A DNA stretch of 40,000 nt from an uncultured Lachnospiraceae bacterium (GCA_964618075.1 CAZTZO010000007.1:1-40000); one strand, 5' to 3'. Shown: positions 19,149-29,827, counted from the stretch's first letter. The notes: a model not told the origin generated them from the sequence alone. Translations and numbers: made by a program.

Positions 19149-21029
19149 ATGGGCAAAGAAAAAATCATAGGCATCGACTTAGGAACGACAAATTCATGCG
19201 TAGCGGTAATGGAGGGCGGAGAGGCTGTAGTTATACCAAACTCAGAGGGCGCCAGAACAACTCCCTCCGTGGTAGCCTTTACAAAGGACAATGAAAGATT
19301 AGTCGGTCAGGTGGCAAAGCACCAGGCTGTAACAAACCCCGATCGAACTATCAGCTCCATAAAACGTGAAATGGGAAGCTCTTACAAGGTAAATATAGAC
19401 AATAAAAGCTATACTCCCCAGGAAATAAGCGCAATGGTTCTGCAAAAATTAAAGAAGGACGCGGAAAGCTATATCGGCGAGAGCGTAACAAAAGCCGTCA
19501 TCACCGTACCTGCATACTTTTCGGATTCACAGCGTCAGGCTACAAAGGACGCAGGCAAAATAGCCGGTCTTGAGGTTCTTCGTATAATAAACGAACCGAC
19601 GGCGGCGGCACTTGCTTACGGACTTGACAAGGGAGAGAACCAAAAGGTAATGGTCTACGACCTTGGCGGCGGCACATTTGATGTATCTATACTTGAGCTC
19701 GGAGACGGCGTATTCGAGGTACTTGCCACAAGCGGCAACAACCGTCTGGGCGGCGACGATTTCGACGAAAGACTTATGAACTATCTTATCGACGAATTCA
19801 AGAAATCGACGGGTGTAGATCTCTCAGGCGACAAAATGGCTGTACAAAGACTCAAGGAGGCTGCGGAGAAGGCAAAGATAGAGCTTTCAAGCGCAACGAC
19901 TACAAACGTCAACCTTCCGTTTATCACAGCCACGGCAGACGGCCCGAAGCATTTGGATATTACTGTAACGAGAGCGAAATTTGAAAGTCTCATCGAAGAC
20001 CTTATCGAAAAGACGACAGAGCCTGTCAAGAAGGCTATAGCAGACTCAAAGCTTTCAGTAAACGATATAAGTAAGGTAATACTTGTCGGCGGCTCCACGA
20101 GAGTTCCCGCAGTACAGGAAGCTGTAAAGAACATAACCCAGAAGGAAGCCTTTAAGGGTATAAACCCCGATGAATGTGTAGCTATAGGCGCCGCAATACA
20201 GGGTGGTGTGCTTGCAGGTGATGTAAAGGACGTTCTTCTTCTGGACGTAACTCCCCTTTCGCTCGGAATCGAAACGCTCGGCGGAGTATTTACAAAGCTT
20301 ATCGACAGAAACACGACTATACCTACAAAGAAGAGCCAGGTATTCTCGACGGCGGCAGACAATCAGACCGCAGTTGACATACATGTCTTGCAGGGCGAAA
20401 GAAAAATGGCATCCGACAACAAAACTCTCGGACGCTTCCAGCTGGCAGGTATAGCAATGGCACCCAGAGGTATTCCTCAGATAGAGGTGACCTTCGACAT
20501 CGACGCAAACGGTATTGTCAGCGTGTCGGCAAAGGATATGGCGACAAACAACGTACAGAACGTCGTGATACAGTCCTCAACCAACATGAACGAAGAGGAC
20601 ATCAACAAGGCTGTTTCCGACGCTGAGAAATTCGCAGATGAGGATACAAAGAAGGAAGAGCTTATAACCGCACGCAACACTGCGGACAGCACAATATATC
20701 AGACTGAGAAATCCTTAAAGGACGCAGGCGACAAAGCCACCGAAAGCGAAAAACAGGCTGTTACCGATGCCATAGCCAAGCTTAAGGAAGCAATGAACAA
20801 CGACGACGCACTTGCTATAAAGGACGCAAGCGAAAAGGTCACGGAGTCCTTCTATCCGATAGCACAGAAGATGTACGCTCAAAACGGCGCACAGCCGAAT
20901 CAGGAGCAGGGCTCAACTCAGCAGGACTTTTCTCAGGGACAGCAGCAAAACAACGAAAATAACGAAAACAACAATAACGATGACAACGTAGTAGACGCGG
21001 ATTACGAGGTTGTCGACGACGACAAATAA
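19149..21029 (+). CDS. dnaK: Molecular chaperone DnaK
   Basis: [56 protein letters not shown]. Confidence 0.99.
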   Translation: MGKEKIIGIDLGTTNSCVAVMEGGEAVVIPNSEGARTTPSVVAFTKDNERLVGQVAKHQAVTNPDRTISSIKREMGSSYKVNIDNKSYTPQEISAMVLQKLKKDAESYIGESVTKAVITVPAYFSDSQRQATKDAGKIAGLEVLRIINEPTAAALAYGLDKGENQKVMVYDLGGGTFDVSILELGDGVFEVLATSGNNRLGGDDFDERLMNYLIDEFKKSTGVDLSGDKMAVQRLKEAAEKAKIELSSATTTNVNLPFITATADGPKHLDITVTRAKFESLIEDLIEKTTEPVKKAIADSKLSVNDISKVILVGGSTRVPAVQEAVKNITQKEAFKGINPDECVAIGAAIQGGVLAGDVKDVLLLDVTPLSLGIETLGGVFTKLIDRNTTIPTKKSQVFSTAADNQTAVDIHVLQGERKMASDNKTLGRFQLAGIAMAPRGIPQIEVTFDIDANGIVSVSAKDMATNNVQNVVIQSSTNMNEEDINKAVSDAEKFADEDTKKEELITARNTADSTIYQTEKSLKDAGDKATESEKQAVTDAIAKLKEAMNNDDALAIKDASEKVTESFYPIAQKMYAQNGAQPNQEQGSTQQDFSQGQQQNNENNENNNNDDNVVDADYEVVDDDK

Positions 21030-21056
21030 TTAAGGCTGTTAGGAGGATTCTGCCAA

Positions 21057-22202
21057 GTGTCCAAACGCGATTATTACGAGGTTCTCGGCGTAGATAAAAA
21101 TGCGTCTGCAGATGAGATAAAAAAAGCATACAGAAAGCTTGCCATGAAATATCACCCGGACAAAAACCCGGGTGATAAGGCGGCAGAAGAAAAATTCAAA
21201 GAACTCAACGAAGCATACGAGATTCTCAACAACGAGGATAACCGCGCGCGTTATGACCAGTACGGTCACGCAGGATTTGAACAAAACGGCGGTAATCCTT
21301 ATTCGGGTTTCTCGGGCTTTTCGGGCTTTTCAGGAGGAGATTACTCGGATATATTCGGAGATATATTTAATATGTTCGGCGGCGGAGGAGGCTTTTCTTC
21401 GAACGGCTCATCTCAGAGAAGCGGCCCGAAAAAGGGAAGCGATCTCAGAGTCAATATAAACATTAGCTTCGAGGAGGCTGCTTTCGGCTGTGAAAAGAAA
21501 ATTAAAATGAGCCGCAAGGAAACCTGCTCGGAATGCTCCGGCTCAGGAGCTAAAAAAGGCACCAGCCCAAAGACGTGCCCTACCTGCGGCGGCAGCGGAC
21601 AAATTCGTGTAAATCAGAAAAGCATACTCGGAATGATGCAGACTGTGCGTACCTGTGACACATGCGGCGGAAGCGGGACAGTAATAGACTCGCCGTGCCC
21701 AAAATGCTCAGGTACAGGAAGCGAAAAGGTAGTAAGACAGATTACCGTAAAGATACCGGCAGGCGTTGATACGGGAAGTGTGCTTCCCTTAAGAGGCGAA
21801 GGCAACGCCGGAACAAAGGGAGGAAGAAGCGGCGACGTATATATTGTCATTAACGTAAAGCCGCACGAATACTTTGTCAGAGAGGGTACCGACGTAAGAC
21901 TCGATATACCCATTTCCTTCGTTGACGCAGCTCTCGGCTGTGAGCTTAAAATACCGACATTAGACGGAACGGTCAAGCTCAAAATACCAGAGGGCACGCA
22001 AAATTCTACGGTATTTAAGCTCAAAAACAAGGGCATAACAAATATAAACGGCTACGGCAAGGGCAGCCAGTATGTGACAGTAAACGTCGAAATACCGACA
22101 AAACTAAACTCAAAACAAAAAGCCGCGCTTAAGGGCTTTGCCGAAACTAATAACGATGAGACCTTCCAAAGAACGACATCGTTTTGGAGAAATATAAAAT
22201 AA
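21057..22202 (+). CDS. dnaJ: Molecular chaperone DnaJ (GTG start)
   Basis: [33 protein letters not shown]; four CxxCxGxG-type zinc motifs. Confidence 0.98.
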   Translation: MSKRDYYEVLGVDKNASADEIKKAYRKLAMKYHPDKNPGDKAAEEKFKELNEAYEILNNEDNRARYDQYGHAGFEQNGGNPYSGFSGFSGFSGGDYSDIFGDIFNMFGGGGGFSSNGSSQRSGPKKGSDLRVNINISFEEAAFGCEKKIKMSRKETCSECSGSGAKKGTSPKTCPTCGGSGQIRVNQKSILGMMQTVRTCDTCGGSGTVIDSPCPKCSGTGSEKVVRQITVKIPAGVDTGSVLPLRGEGNAGTKGGRSGDVYIVINVKPHEYFVREGTDVRLDIPISFVDAALGCELKIPTLDGTVKLKIPEGTQNSTVFKLKNKGITNINGYGKGSQYVTVNVEIPTKLNSKQKAALKGFAETNNDETFQRTTSFWRNIK

Positions 22203-22213
22203 TCTATTACATT

Positions 22214-22260
22214 AAAGACTGCTACATGCTTAAAAGAAGTATAAGCGGTCTTTTGTTTTT
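22214..22260 (+). terminator. Rho-independent terminator after dnaJ
   Basis: AAAGACTGCT (22214-22223) pairs with AGCGGTCTTT (22244-22253, one U-G wobble), followed by TGTTTTT. Confidence 0.8.
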
Positions 22261-22313
22261 ATGTAAAAAGCTGTTATAATTCATTAAACGTTTATATAAG
22301 GGAAGTGCAGTAA

Positions 22314-22877
22314 ATGGAAAATACCGACAAGCTTAAGGAAGAGGAAATATCAACAGAGGAAATATTTAAGGGCAGACTTGTGCATCTTTTCAGAGCCACG
22401 GTAAAGCTTCCGAACGGCAACACTTCAACGCGCGAATACATGGAGCATCCAGGCGCAGTAGCCGTGATACCCATAGACGACAAAGGTAATATCACGTTTG
22501 TCAGACAATACCGCTATCCACTAAAGAGAGTTTCTCTTGAGGTTCCGGCAGGCAAGCTTGAAAAAGGCGAAGAGGTCGAAGCATGCGCTAAACGTGAGCT
22601 TTCTGAGGAAACGGGGATAGAAGCAAAGGAAATGAAGTATCTCGGCTGTTTTTTACCGAGCGTTGCGGTTTCTGACGAGCTTATCCACATATATACGGCA
22701 ACCGGGCTTTCCTACGGCAAAGCGCATACCGACGAGGATGAATTTATAGATCTTGTGAAAATACCTATGCAAAAAGCTCTTGAAATGGTTGAAAACGGCG
22801 ATATTCTCGATGGCAAGACGCAAATTGCACTGCTTAGAGCTAATAGATGCATATCAAAACAAGGATTATCGTTTTAA
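22314..22877 (+). CDS. NUDIX hydrolase (ADP-ribose pyrophosphatase-like)
   Basis: NUDIX box GKLEKGEEVEACAKRELSEETGIEAKEM. Confidence 0.93.
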   Translation: MENTDKLKEEEISTEEIFKGRLVHLFRATVKLPNGNTSTREYMEHPGAVAVIPIDDKGNITFVRQYRYPLKRVSLEVPAGKLEKGEEVEACAKRELSEETGIEAKEMKYLGCFLPSVAVSDELIHIYTATGLSYGKAHTDEDEFIDLVKIPMQKALEMVENGDILDGKTQIALLRANRCISKQGLSF

Positions 22878-22937
22878 ATAAAAGATTCACTTCATTATCG
22901 AATCCTTAGTAACATAGTTTATATTTGCCTTACGCGC

Positions 22938-23620
22938 CTAAGTGTGCTGTAGGGCTCTTTTTATCCTGTACATTTTTCCGTCCTTACGAAAGAATGCTCC
23001 CGTCTGCTTGAAATGAAAGGATACTCCCGAAGCAATGCACTGATTTCTTAATGAAAGTATCCAGTCGTAATCGCAAACTCGTGCTTTTTCTCCGCTCTCC
23101 CCTCCCGCCACGACCTGAGATATATTCTGACTCAAGTATTCGGAAATATCGACCTTTTCCAAAAGGGGCTCGCATACTATGCATTTACGCTTTATAGGAA
23201 GTGAAAGATAAATAGGCAGACGGTAATTCGCCATAGCTTGGTTTTCCACGGTGCAGCATATCGTCACGTTATCGTATCCGTCCCCCAGTCCTGCGGAAGG
23301 CTTACGTTAAAGCGGTCTATTCTCTTGGTTATCATAAGAAAATCAAGATCGCTCCTCTGTTTTATCATCTGCCACGCTTTTTTTCGCATTTCGTCTGCGT
23401 CCTTATGAAAAAAATCCGACGAAAAGCACGTATATACCACATCGGGAGCTTTTATTTTATAGTTACCGAAGCGATCCCTTCTTATGGGCATATCGAACGA
23501 AAGCGTTTTTGTAAGAATCGAAGCGTCACGCTCATACCTTGCGTCCATGCGGTAAACATAGCAGTTTTCACAGCCCGGGCTTATCTTTGTGCAGCCGTGC
23601 CATGGATTCCAGTTGCTCAT
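22938..23620 (-). pseudogene. DUF5131 (phage Gp37/Gp68-like) family gene, split by a 1-nt frameshift near 23282-23286
   Basis: ORF 23264..23620 (MSNWNPWHGCTKISPGCENCYVYRMD...MITKRIDRF...LPQDWG) continues in another frame as 22938..23267 (TICCTVENQ...RLPIYLSLPIKRKCIVCEPLLE...QVVAGGESGEKARVCDYDW...FHFKQTG). Restoring one G in the G5 tract gives DWGDGYDNVTICCTVENQ. Confidence 0.85.
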
Positions 23621-24691
23621 TTAGAAATCCTCGATTATTTCTTTGGAAAGCTCGCTTATGATAGCCTTTGCAAGGCTTACTGCGTTAAGGTAATCCTCAT
23701 AGTTCGCTATGCATGAAGGGCTGTGCGTATATCTTACGGGTATGCCTATGACTATCGTGGGAATACCGTTTTTTTCCGTGTGTATGCTTAAAGCGTCTGT
23801 CATACTCCCTGTGCGTACGGCGGTCTGTACGGGTATATCGTATTTATCAGCAACACTTAGAGCAAAGCGCATAAAGGCGGGATTTGTTATCATTCCTCCG
23901 TCTATATACCTGAGCATAGGGCCAAATCCCATTTTTGTCTGTTGTGCGTAATCCTGCGCTATGGTATCGTCGGCGGGACAGCCCTCAAAGCATATTGCTA
24001 TATCGGGAAGTATCCTTCTTACAGACGCCTTCGCTCCTCTGGCTCCCACCTCCTCCTGAGAAGACAATACTCCCTTTACATTTACTTTGAGATTTTCGCC
24101 TTCAAGCCTGTTTATCGTTTCTATAAGCGCCGCGCATCCCAAGCGGCAATCAAACGCTTTGCCTATGAGCGTACCTGTCTGTTCGTTTATCTTGCATATA
24201 GTCGAAAAACCGGCCGGCTCGCCCATTTGGACATGATATGTTTCTTTAGTCTGAGAAGCACTTATTGAGCCGATATCTATACATAGCTCTGTGTCTTTTA
24301 TAAAGGAAGCGTTTTTATCATAGTGAGGTGATACTGTGGAAATGACCGCACTTAAGTATTCACCCTGAGTATTTCTTACAACAAGCTCGCTTGAAGCAAG
24401 GCATTCCTTGGAAATAGGCCCGAGAGTAACAAATCCGAGAGTTCCGTCCGGTTTGACAGAATGTATCATAAAGCCCACCTCGTCACTGTGAGCATCAAGC
24501 ATGACTGTAGGGTATGTTTCGTTTTGTTCATAAGGAAAGATATAAAAGTTTTTCATTTTGTCGGTGAAGGTATCGTAAAATGTTACATACTGTCTCGCCG
24601 CTTTTATAACCTCATCTTCAAAACCGCTTGGCCCGAATGCGTCACAAAGGTGCGCTATCATTTCATAGTTTTGCTTATCTGTATTTTTCAT
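23621..24691 (-). CDS. M42 family metallopeptidase (glutamyl aminopeptidase/endoglucanase-like)
   Basis: LDAHSDEVGFMI, FDCRLGCAALIE, LSSQEEVGARGAK, TAVRTGSMTDA. Start set at MKNTDKQNY; the track ORF extends to 24856. Confidence 0.9.
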   Translation of the reverse strand: MKNTDKQNYEMIAHLCDAFGPSGFEDEVIKAARQYVTFYDTFTDKMKNFYIFPYEQNETYPTVMLDAHSDEVGFMIHSVKPDGTLGFVTLGPISKECLASSELVVRNTQGEYLSAVISTVSPHYDKNASFIKDTELCIDIGSISASQTKETYHVQMGEPAGFSTICKINEQTGTLIGKAFDCRLGCAALIETINRLEGENLKVNVKGVLSSQEEVGARGAKASVRRILPDIAICFEGCPADDTIAQDYAQQTKMGFGPMLRYIDGGMITNPAFMRFALSVADKYDIPVQTAVRTGSMTDALSIHTEKNGIPTIVIGIPVRYTHSPSCIANYEDYLNAVSLAKAIISELSKEIIEDF

Positions 24692-24754
24692 AACAACATG
24701 CCTCTTTATTTTATTGATTAATCGGATTATAACATAAAGTGTAATCATTTTCCC

Positions 24755-24783
24755 TTGACACGAGTACGATTTACATATAAAAT
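24755..24783 (+). promoter_or_regulatory. Sigma-A-like promoter of the xpaC-like operon
   Basis: TTGACA (24755-24760), 17-bp spacer, TAAAAT (24778-24783). Confidence 0.65.
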
Positions 24784-24855
24784 TCAAGTATATACGGAAA
24801 TTTTCGACAAGCGACTTTTCAGATGAGCGAAAATTATCTTTAAGTGAGGTTTGCA

Positions 24856-25575
24856 TTGGAAAAAAAATCAGTTAAATCCAACCTGCCCATTTTGTTTTTA
24901 GGCGCAACATGGGTATTATACGCTATTATATTCCCGCTATACAGACTAAGCGATTTTCTTATCGTTCTTGTAGCCTCGCTCGCGGTGTTTTTCGTTACCG
25001 GCAAGCTTATCCCCAACACGTATGTGATGGTCGAAAAGGCTCCGATAAAAGCCTCGACAGGCAATGAAAAGCTCGATACTCTCATCAATGAAGCAAACGG
25101 CTACATAAGCAATATTCGTAAAGCAAATGACCGTATAGCAGACGAGGGCGTATCGCAAAAAATTACTCAGATAGAAAATATCACCACAAAGATATTCGAG
25201 TACGTGGCGAAGAACCCCGACACTCTGCCGAACGTAAGAAGATTTATTTCCTACTACCTTCCCACCACATTAAAGCTGCTCGACGCATACGCTGAGCTTG
25301 CCTCTCAGGGCGTACAGACGGCAAATATAACGACTATAATGAAAAAGATAGACGATTCACTTTCAACGGTAAAGGAAGCGTTCGAAAAACAGTATGACAG
25401 CTTATACGACTACAAGGCAATGGATATCTCAAGCGAAATATCCGTGTTTGAGGATATACTCTCAAGCGAAGGTCTTATAAAGAATAAGTCTGACGGAAGC
25501 GGTATTACGCTTACTCTTGAGGGAATCAATAATGACGCCGAAGCTATAAAGGTACCCGAAGAAACGATAAAATAA
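24856..25575 (+). CDS. XpaC-like (5-bromo-4-chloroindolyl phosphate hydrolysis) family protein
   Basis: Two N-terminal TM segments and ENITTKIFEYVAKNPDTLPNVRRFISYYLPTTLKLLDAYAELASQGV. TTG start likely (alternative GTG at 24844). Confidence 0.85.
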   Translation: MEKKSVKSNLPILFLGATWVLYAIIFPLYRLSDFLIVLVASLAVFFVTGKLIPNTYVMVEKAPIKASTGNEKLDTLINEANGYISNIRKANDRIADEGVSQKITQIENITTKIFEYVAKNPDTLPNVRRFISYYLPTTLKLLDAYAELASQGVQTANITTIMKKIDDSLSTVKEAFEKQYDSLYDYKAMDISSEISVFEDILSSEGLIKNKSDGSGITLTLEGINNDAEAIKVPEETIK

Positions 25576-25622
25576 AACGAATACTCACAAATAATATAAA
25601 TTCGAAAGGAAATTTAACTTTA

Positions 25623-26816
25623 ATGGAAGAGAAATCATTGGAATTGCAGGTAGCGCAGGACGTACCCGAGAAGGACGGAGTACCCGTACTCACTCTTGAC
25701 GACGTACCCGCAGCAAAAATCGAAACGGTCATACAGCAGGCAAACGAGCTTAGCGTACAGGATACTCCTGTTGCATCGCAAGTACAACAAGAGAGCGTAT
25801 TGACGGAAAAAGAGAAAAAGGTTGTTGACGAGTTTTCAAAGAAAATTGATATAACCAACGCAACTCTTGTTCTGCAGTACGGCACAGGCGCTCAGAAGCA
25901 CATTGCCAACTTCTCTGAGGGTGCGCTTGCAAACGTGAGAAATAAGGATATGGGAAGCGTAGGCGATATGCTCACAAATCTCGTCGTAGAATTAAAGGGC
26001 TTTAACGGCGCTGAGAAAAAGGGACTTGCCGGACTCTTCCAGAAGCCTGCCAAGGCTATAGCCAAAATGAAGGCTCAATACACAAAGGTAGAGGGCAATA
26101 TTGACGACATAGTTGAAAAGCTTGAACATCATCAGGTCACATTGCTTAAGGACATAGCTCTGTTCGGAAAAATGTACGAGATGAACACAGACTATTTCAA
26201 AGAACTTACTATGTATATCGAAGCGGGCAAGCTCAGAATAAAGCAAGCCGAGCAGGAGCTTGAGGAAATGAAGAAAAAGGCTTCTGATAGCGGAAAAACA
26301 GAAGACGCACAAGCCGTCAACGATTATTCCAACCTTATCACACGCTTCGAAAAGAGACTTTACGACCTTGAGCTTACAAGAACTATCTCACTGCAAATGG
26401 GCCCGCAGATAAGACTTTTGCAGAACAACGACTCTCTTATGGCGGAAAAGATAAACTCTTCCATAGTCAATACAATTCCTTTGTGGAAAAGCCAGATGGT
26501 GCTTGCGCTCGGTCTTGAGAACTCTCGTCAGGCGATAGAGGCTCAAAAGGCTGTCACGGAGATGACGAATCAGCTGCTTAAGGAAAATTCCGAAATGCTC
26601 AAAATGGGCACGATCGAAGCGGCGAAAGAGGGCGAGAGAGGCATCGTTGAAATAGAAACTCTTCAGAAAACGAATGAGGATCTTATCTCTACAATAGAAA
26701 GCGTGCTGCAAATACAAAAAGACGGCAAAGCAAAACGCGCGGCGGCAGAAACGCAGCTCGGACAGATTGAAAACGAACTCAAACAGAAGCTTTTACAGGT
26801 AGCTCAAAACAGCTGA
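25623..26816 (+). CDS. TelA/KlaA-like toxic anion resistance family protein
   Basis: QYGTGAQKHIANFSEGALANVRNKDMGSVGDMLTNLV...LYDLELTRTISLQMGPQIRLLQNNDSLMAEKINSSIVNTIPLWKSQM. Confidence 0.92.
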   Translation: MEEKSLELQVAQDVPEKDGVPVLTLDDVPAAKIETVIQQANELSVQDTPVASQVQQESVLTEKEKKVVDEFSKKIDITNATLVLQYGTGAQKHIANFSEGALANVRNKDMGSVGDMLTNLVVELKGFNGAEKKGLAGLFQKPAKAIAKMKAQYTKVEGNIDDIVEKLEHHQVTLLKDIALFGKMYEMNTDYFKELTMYIEAGKLRIKQAEQELEEMKKKASDSGKTEDAQAVNDYSNLITRFEKRLYDLELTRTISLQMGPQIRLLQNNDSLMAEKINSSIVNTIPLWKSQMVLALGLENSRQAIEAQKAVTEMTNQLLKENSEMLKMGTIEAAKEGERGIVEIETLQKTNEDLISTIESVLQIQKDGKAKRAAAETQLGQIENELKQKLLQVAQNS

Positions 26817-26842
26817 ATAATTTATCTAAAGCGGACAATGAT

Positions 26843-27397
26843 ATGAAAAATATAAAAAAACCTACGGCTATAATACTGTGCGTTCTTATGATAGCGCTCT
26901 CGATATTTTTCGGGGGAAGAATGTCGCTGAACAAAATAAGGAATCAGGCTCTTTCACTGTTTTATGAGGGAAACCCAGACGATCAGTTTGACCTCGGGAT
27001 TGAATACGACCTTGAGCGAAGGATAGCCTTTGCGGGCAATCTCGTAACTGTGGCAAAGAGATACACCGATTCGAATAACGCGCTCATAACAGCCGTACAA
27101 AGCGCATGTGACTCATTAAACAATGCAAGCGATCCGAGCGATAAATACAAATATAATCAGGCTCTTACGACTGCCTGTAACAACCTTTCCGCTTTCCTTG
27201 ATACACAGTCATTAAGCGTTAATGACGCTAAGTACAATACATCCATAAAAGCGGATATGGAATCGGCAAATCAGATCATAGGGCATTCGGACTACAACAC
27301 AAAGGCGGCTGAGTTTAACCAGATACTCAGAAAATTCCCCACGAATATATTGTGCAAAATTACCTTTGTGGAGCCGCTCAAGCAGTTTGCATACTGA
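26843..27397 (+). CDS. LemA-like membrane-anchored protein (divergent)
   Basis: N-terminal TM, RRIAFAGNLVTVAKRY, helical repeats and a typical position between telA and TPM genes. Weaker than canonical LemA. Confidence 0.55.
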   Translation: MKNIKKPTAIILCVLMIALSIFFGGRMSLNKIRNQALSLFYEGNPDDQFDLGIEYDLERRIAFAGNLVTVAKRYTDSNNALITAVQSACDSLNNASDPSDKYKYNQALTTACNNLSAFLDTQSLSVNDAKYNTSIKADMESANQIIGHSDYNTKAAEFNQILRKFPTNILCKITFVEPLKQFAY

Positions 27398-27415
27398 TGA
27401 AACAAGGTGAAGATA

Positions 27416-28414
27416 ATGAAAAAAACTAAATACTTATTTGCAGCTGCTCTTTTAGTGGTATCTGTAGTTATGTCCTTTAATGCGGTCTTTGCCGCTTCTA
27501 CCCTTGAAGCGCCTTCGAATGTTTACGTTGCCGACTACGCAAACGTGCTTGACGCGGATTGCGAGAATTACATTCTTTCCATGGGAGGAGAGCTTGACAA
27601 TAAAACGGGTGCGCAGGTCGTTGTCGTAACAATAAACTTTCTTGAGGGAAAGGACATTGAAGACTATTGTCTTGCCATATTCAACGAATGGGGCATAGGA
27701 GCAAAGGATAAAAATAACGGCGTACTGCTGCTTCTTGCCATAGGCGATGAAAACTACTACTGCATGACAGGCTCAGGGCTTGAAACGACTCTTTCATCAG
27801 GTACTCTTAAAAATATGCTCAATACATATTTAGAGGACGATTTCGCAAAGGGCGATTATTCCGCAGGAACAAAGAAAGTATATGGAGCGCTTATCAAGAA
27901 CCTTGCTTCTCACTACAACGTGTCGGTAACCGGCACCTCTCAGGCGACTACGCCCACGACTACGACGCCTTCTTTTGGCGGCGGCAGCTCAAGTAAGGCA
28001 ACCGATAACTCCACGGGAAACCGTTCATCAAGCACCGGTATATTCTGGCTGATACTTATTGTCGTCGTTGTTATTATAATCATCAGCTCTAACAGAGCAT
28101 CAAGAAGACACAGAAGAATATACGGCGGAGGCGTTCCGTTTATAGGCGCACCAAGAAGAAGAAACTATAACGATCATGACCACGATGATAGAGACCATAA
28201 CGACCACAATGACGGAGGCTGGTTCGGCGGTGGCGGTGGTGGCAGCTCAAGTGGCGGCGGCTTCGGTGGAGGCGGCTCTCGCGGCGGCGGCGCAGGACGC
28301 TCCGGTGGCGGCGGCGGTGGCTTTAGTTCAGGCGGCGGCTTCGGTGGAGGCTTCGGCGGAGGCGGAGGTTTTGGCGGAGGCGGCTCACGCGGAGGCGGCG
28401 CAGGACGCGGCTGA
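27416..28414 (+). CDS. TPM-domain protein with signal peptide, TM and Gly-rich C-terminal tail
   Basis: VYVADYANVLDADCENYILSMGGELDNKTGAQVVVVTINFLEGKDIEDYCLAIFNEWGIGAKDKNNGVLLLLAIGD, then TM, then GGGGGSSSGGGFGGGG. Confidence 0.9.
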   Translation: MKKTKYLFAAALLVVSVVMSFNAVFAASTLEAPSNVYVADYANVLDADCENYILSMGGELDNKTGAQVVVVTINFLEGKDIEDYCLAIFNEWGIGAKDKNNGVLLLLAIGDENYYCMTGSGLETTLSSGTLKNMLNTYLEDDFAKGDYSAGTKKVYGALIKNLASHYNVSVTGTSQATTPTTTTPSFGGGSSSKATDNSTGNRSSSTGIFWLILIVVVVIIIISSNRASRRHRRIYGGGVPFIGAPRRRNYNDHDHDDRDHNDHNDGGWFGGGGGGSSSGGGFGGGGSRGGGAGRSGGGGGGFSSGGGFGGGFGGGGGFGGGGSRGGGAGRG

Positions 28415-28433
28415 TACAAAAACAATAAAAAAT

Positions 28434-28500
28434 AAAGAGTGCGGTAAAAATGATTAACCCGTTTGTTATGGGATTAAGATATACTGCGCTCTTTTTATTT
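28434..28500. terminator. Long bidirectional terminator after the TPM gene
   Basis: AAAGAGTGCGGTA (28434-28446) pairs with TACTGCGCTCTTT (28482-28494) with two G-U wobbles; inner TTAACCC/GGGATTAA-like hairpin; T-rich tail. Confidence 0.75.
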
Positions 28501-28534
28501 ACTTTTTTTTTAATCGTTATGATAAATAATATAT

Positions 28535-29827
28535 TTACATTACAACGTCCAATATCAGCTTTTTCTTTTCGGGCTTCTCAGTAGAAAAATCGAAAGCTTT
28601 TTTTATGCACATTGCTCCTTCATTTAAAAGTGTCTCGCTTGAAGAATATAAAGTAGCTGTTTTTTCACCCTTTTCAACTCTGTTGCCTACCTTTTTATTT
28701 AACACGATACCGGCTCCATAGTCTTCTTTAAGCGTAGGATCATTAAGCATATGAAAAACCAAGCCTATCAAAGCGCAGTCGATTTTGTTTACATAGCCGT
28801 TTATATCGGAGTATATTTCCTTTGAAAATTTGCTTTGAGGTAAACGCGACGTATCCTCTATCATTTCACGTTTACCGCCCTGCGCCTCTATAAAGTCGGC
28901 AAATTTTTTATACGCCTTACCGCTGTCAATCGAATCGTTTAATATTGCGTCCGCCTTCTCTTTATTTACAACAAGCCCCGAAATATTAAGCAGTGCGCGT
29001 CCGAGAGATACACACAGCTCTCTTACAAGAGTATCTTTCCCACCCTTTAGTATTTCAACGGCTTCTTTAACCTCCAAAGCGTTACCAACGGCATAACCGA
29101 GAGGCTCGTCCATATTTGTTATAAGTGCGCAGACATTTATCTTTGCTTCTTTGCCTATTTTCACCATAACCTCGGCAAGCTTTTTAGCTTCGTTTAATTC
29201 TGAGACAAAAGCACCGGTGCCGCACTTGACGTCAAGCACGAGATTGTGCGCACCAGAAGCCAGCTTTTTACTCATTATTGAAGAAGCGATAAGGGGTATG
29301 CTGTCTACTGTGTTCGTTAAATCTCTTAGAGCGTACAGCTTCTTATCGGCAGGAACAAAATTTTCTGTCTGAGACATTATGCTTATGCCGTTTTCTTTTA
29401 CAAGGCGCTTGAATTCGTCTGTCGAAATATCCGTTTTAAAGCCGCTGATACTCTCAAGCTTGTCTATAGTCCCGCCGGTATATCCGAGACTCCTTCCCGA
29501 CATTTTTGCCACCTTCAAGCCGCAGCACGCAAGCATCGGAGCAAGTATCAGGCTTGTTTTGTCCCCCACTCCGCCCGTAGAATGCTTGTCTGCGCTTATA
29601 TTCTTTATATCCGACATATCAAGTCTTTTGCCCGATTCCAGCATACTATACGTCAGGTTCGCCGTTTCTGCGAGCGTCAGATTTTTAAAATATATTGCCA
29701 TTAAAAGTGCGCTGGCCTGACAGGCGGGTATTTCACCGCTTACAAAACCGCGCACAAAATAACTCAGCTCTTCTTTTGAAAGAGCCTGTCCTTCTTTTTT
29801 CTTTTGAATGATATCATACATTTGCAT
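28535..29827 (-). CDS. pdp: Pyrimidine-nucleoside (thymidine) phosphorylase
   Basis: MYDIIQKKKEGQALSKEELSYFVRGFVSGEI, KHSTGGVGDKTSLILAPMLACCGLKVAKMSGRSLGYTGGTIDKLESI. Confidence 0.95.
   Translation of the reverse strand: MQMYDIIQKKKEGQALSKEELSYFVRGFVSGEIPACQASALLMAIYFKNLTLAETANLTYSMLESGKRLDMSDIKNISADKHSTGGVGDKTSLILAPMLACCGLKVAKMSGRSLGYTGGTIDKLESISGFKTDISTDEFKRLVKENGISIMSQTENFVPADKKLYALRDLTNTVDSIPLIASSIMSKKLASGAHNLVLDVKCGTGAFVSELNEAKKLAEVMVKIGKEAKINVCALITNMDEPLGYAVGNALEVKEAVEILKGGKDTLVRELCVSLGRALLNISGLVVNKEKADAILNDSIDSGKAYKKFADFIEAQGGKREMIEDTSRLPQSKFSKEIYSDINGYVNKIDCALIGLVFHMLNDPTLKEDYGAGIVLNKKVGNRVEKGEKTATLYSSSETLLNEGAMCIKKAFDFSTEKPEKKKLILDVVM

Noticed and set aside
19781-20692. Minus-strand ORFs within dnaK, including the 193-aa ORF 19781..20362
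   Set aside because: Shadow ORFs opposite a highly conserved chaperone gene; composition reflects dnaK codon bias.
28174-28457. Pro-rich minus ORF and Ala-rich plus ORF in the GGC-rich tail
   Set aside because: Alternative-frame readings of the Gly-rich TPM tail, low complexity by construction.
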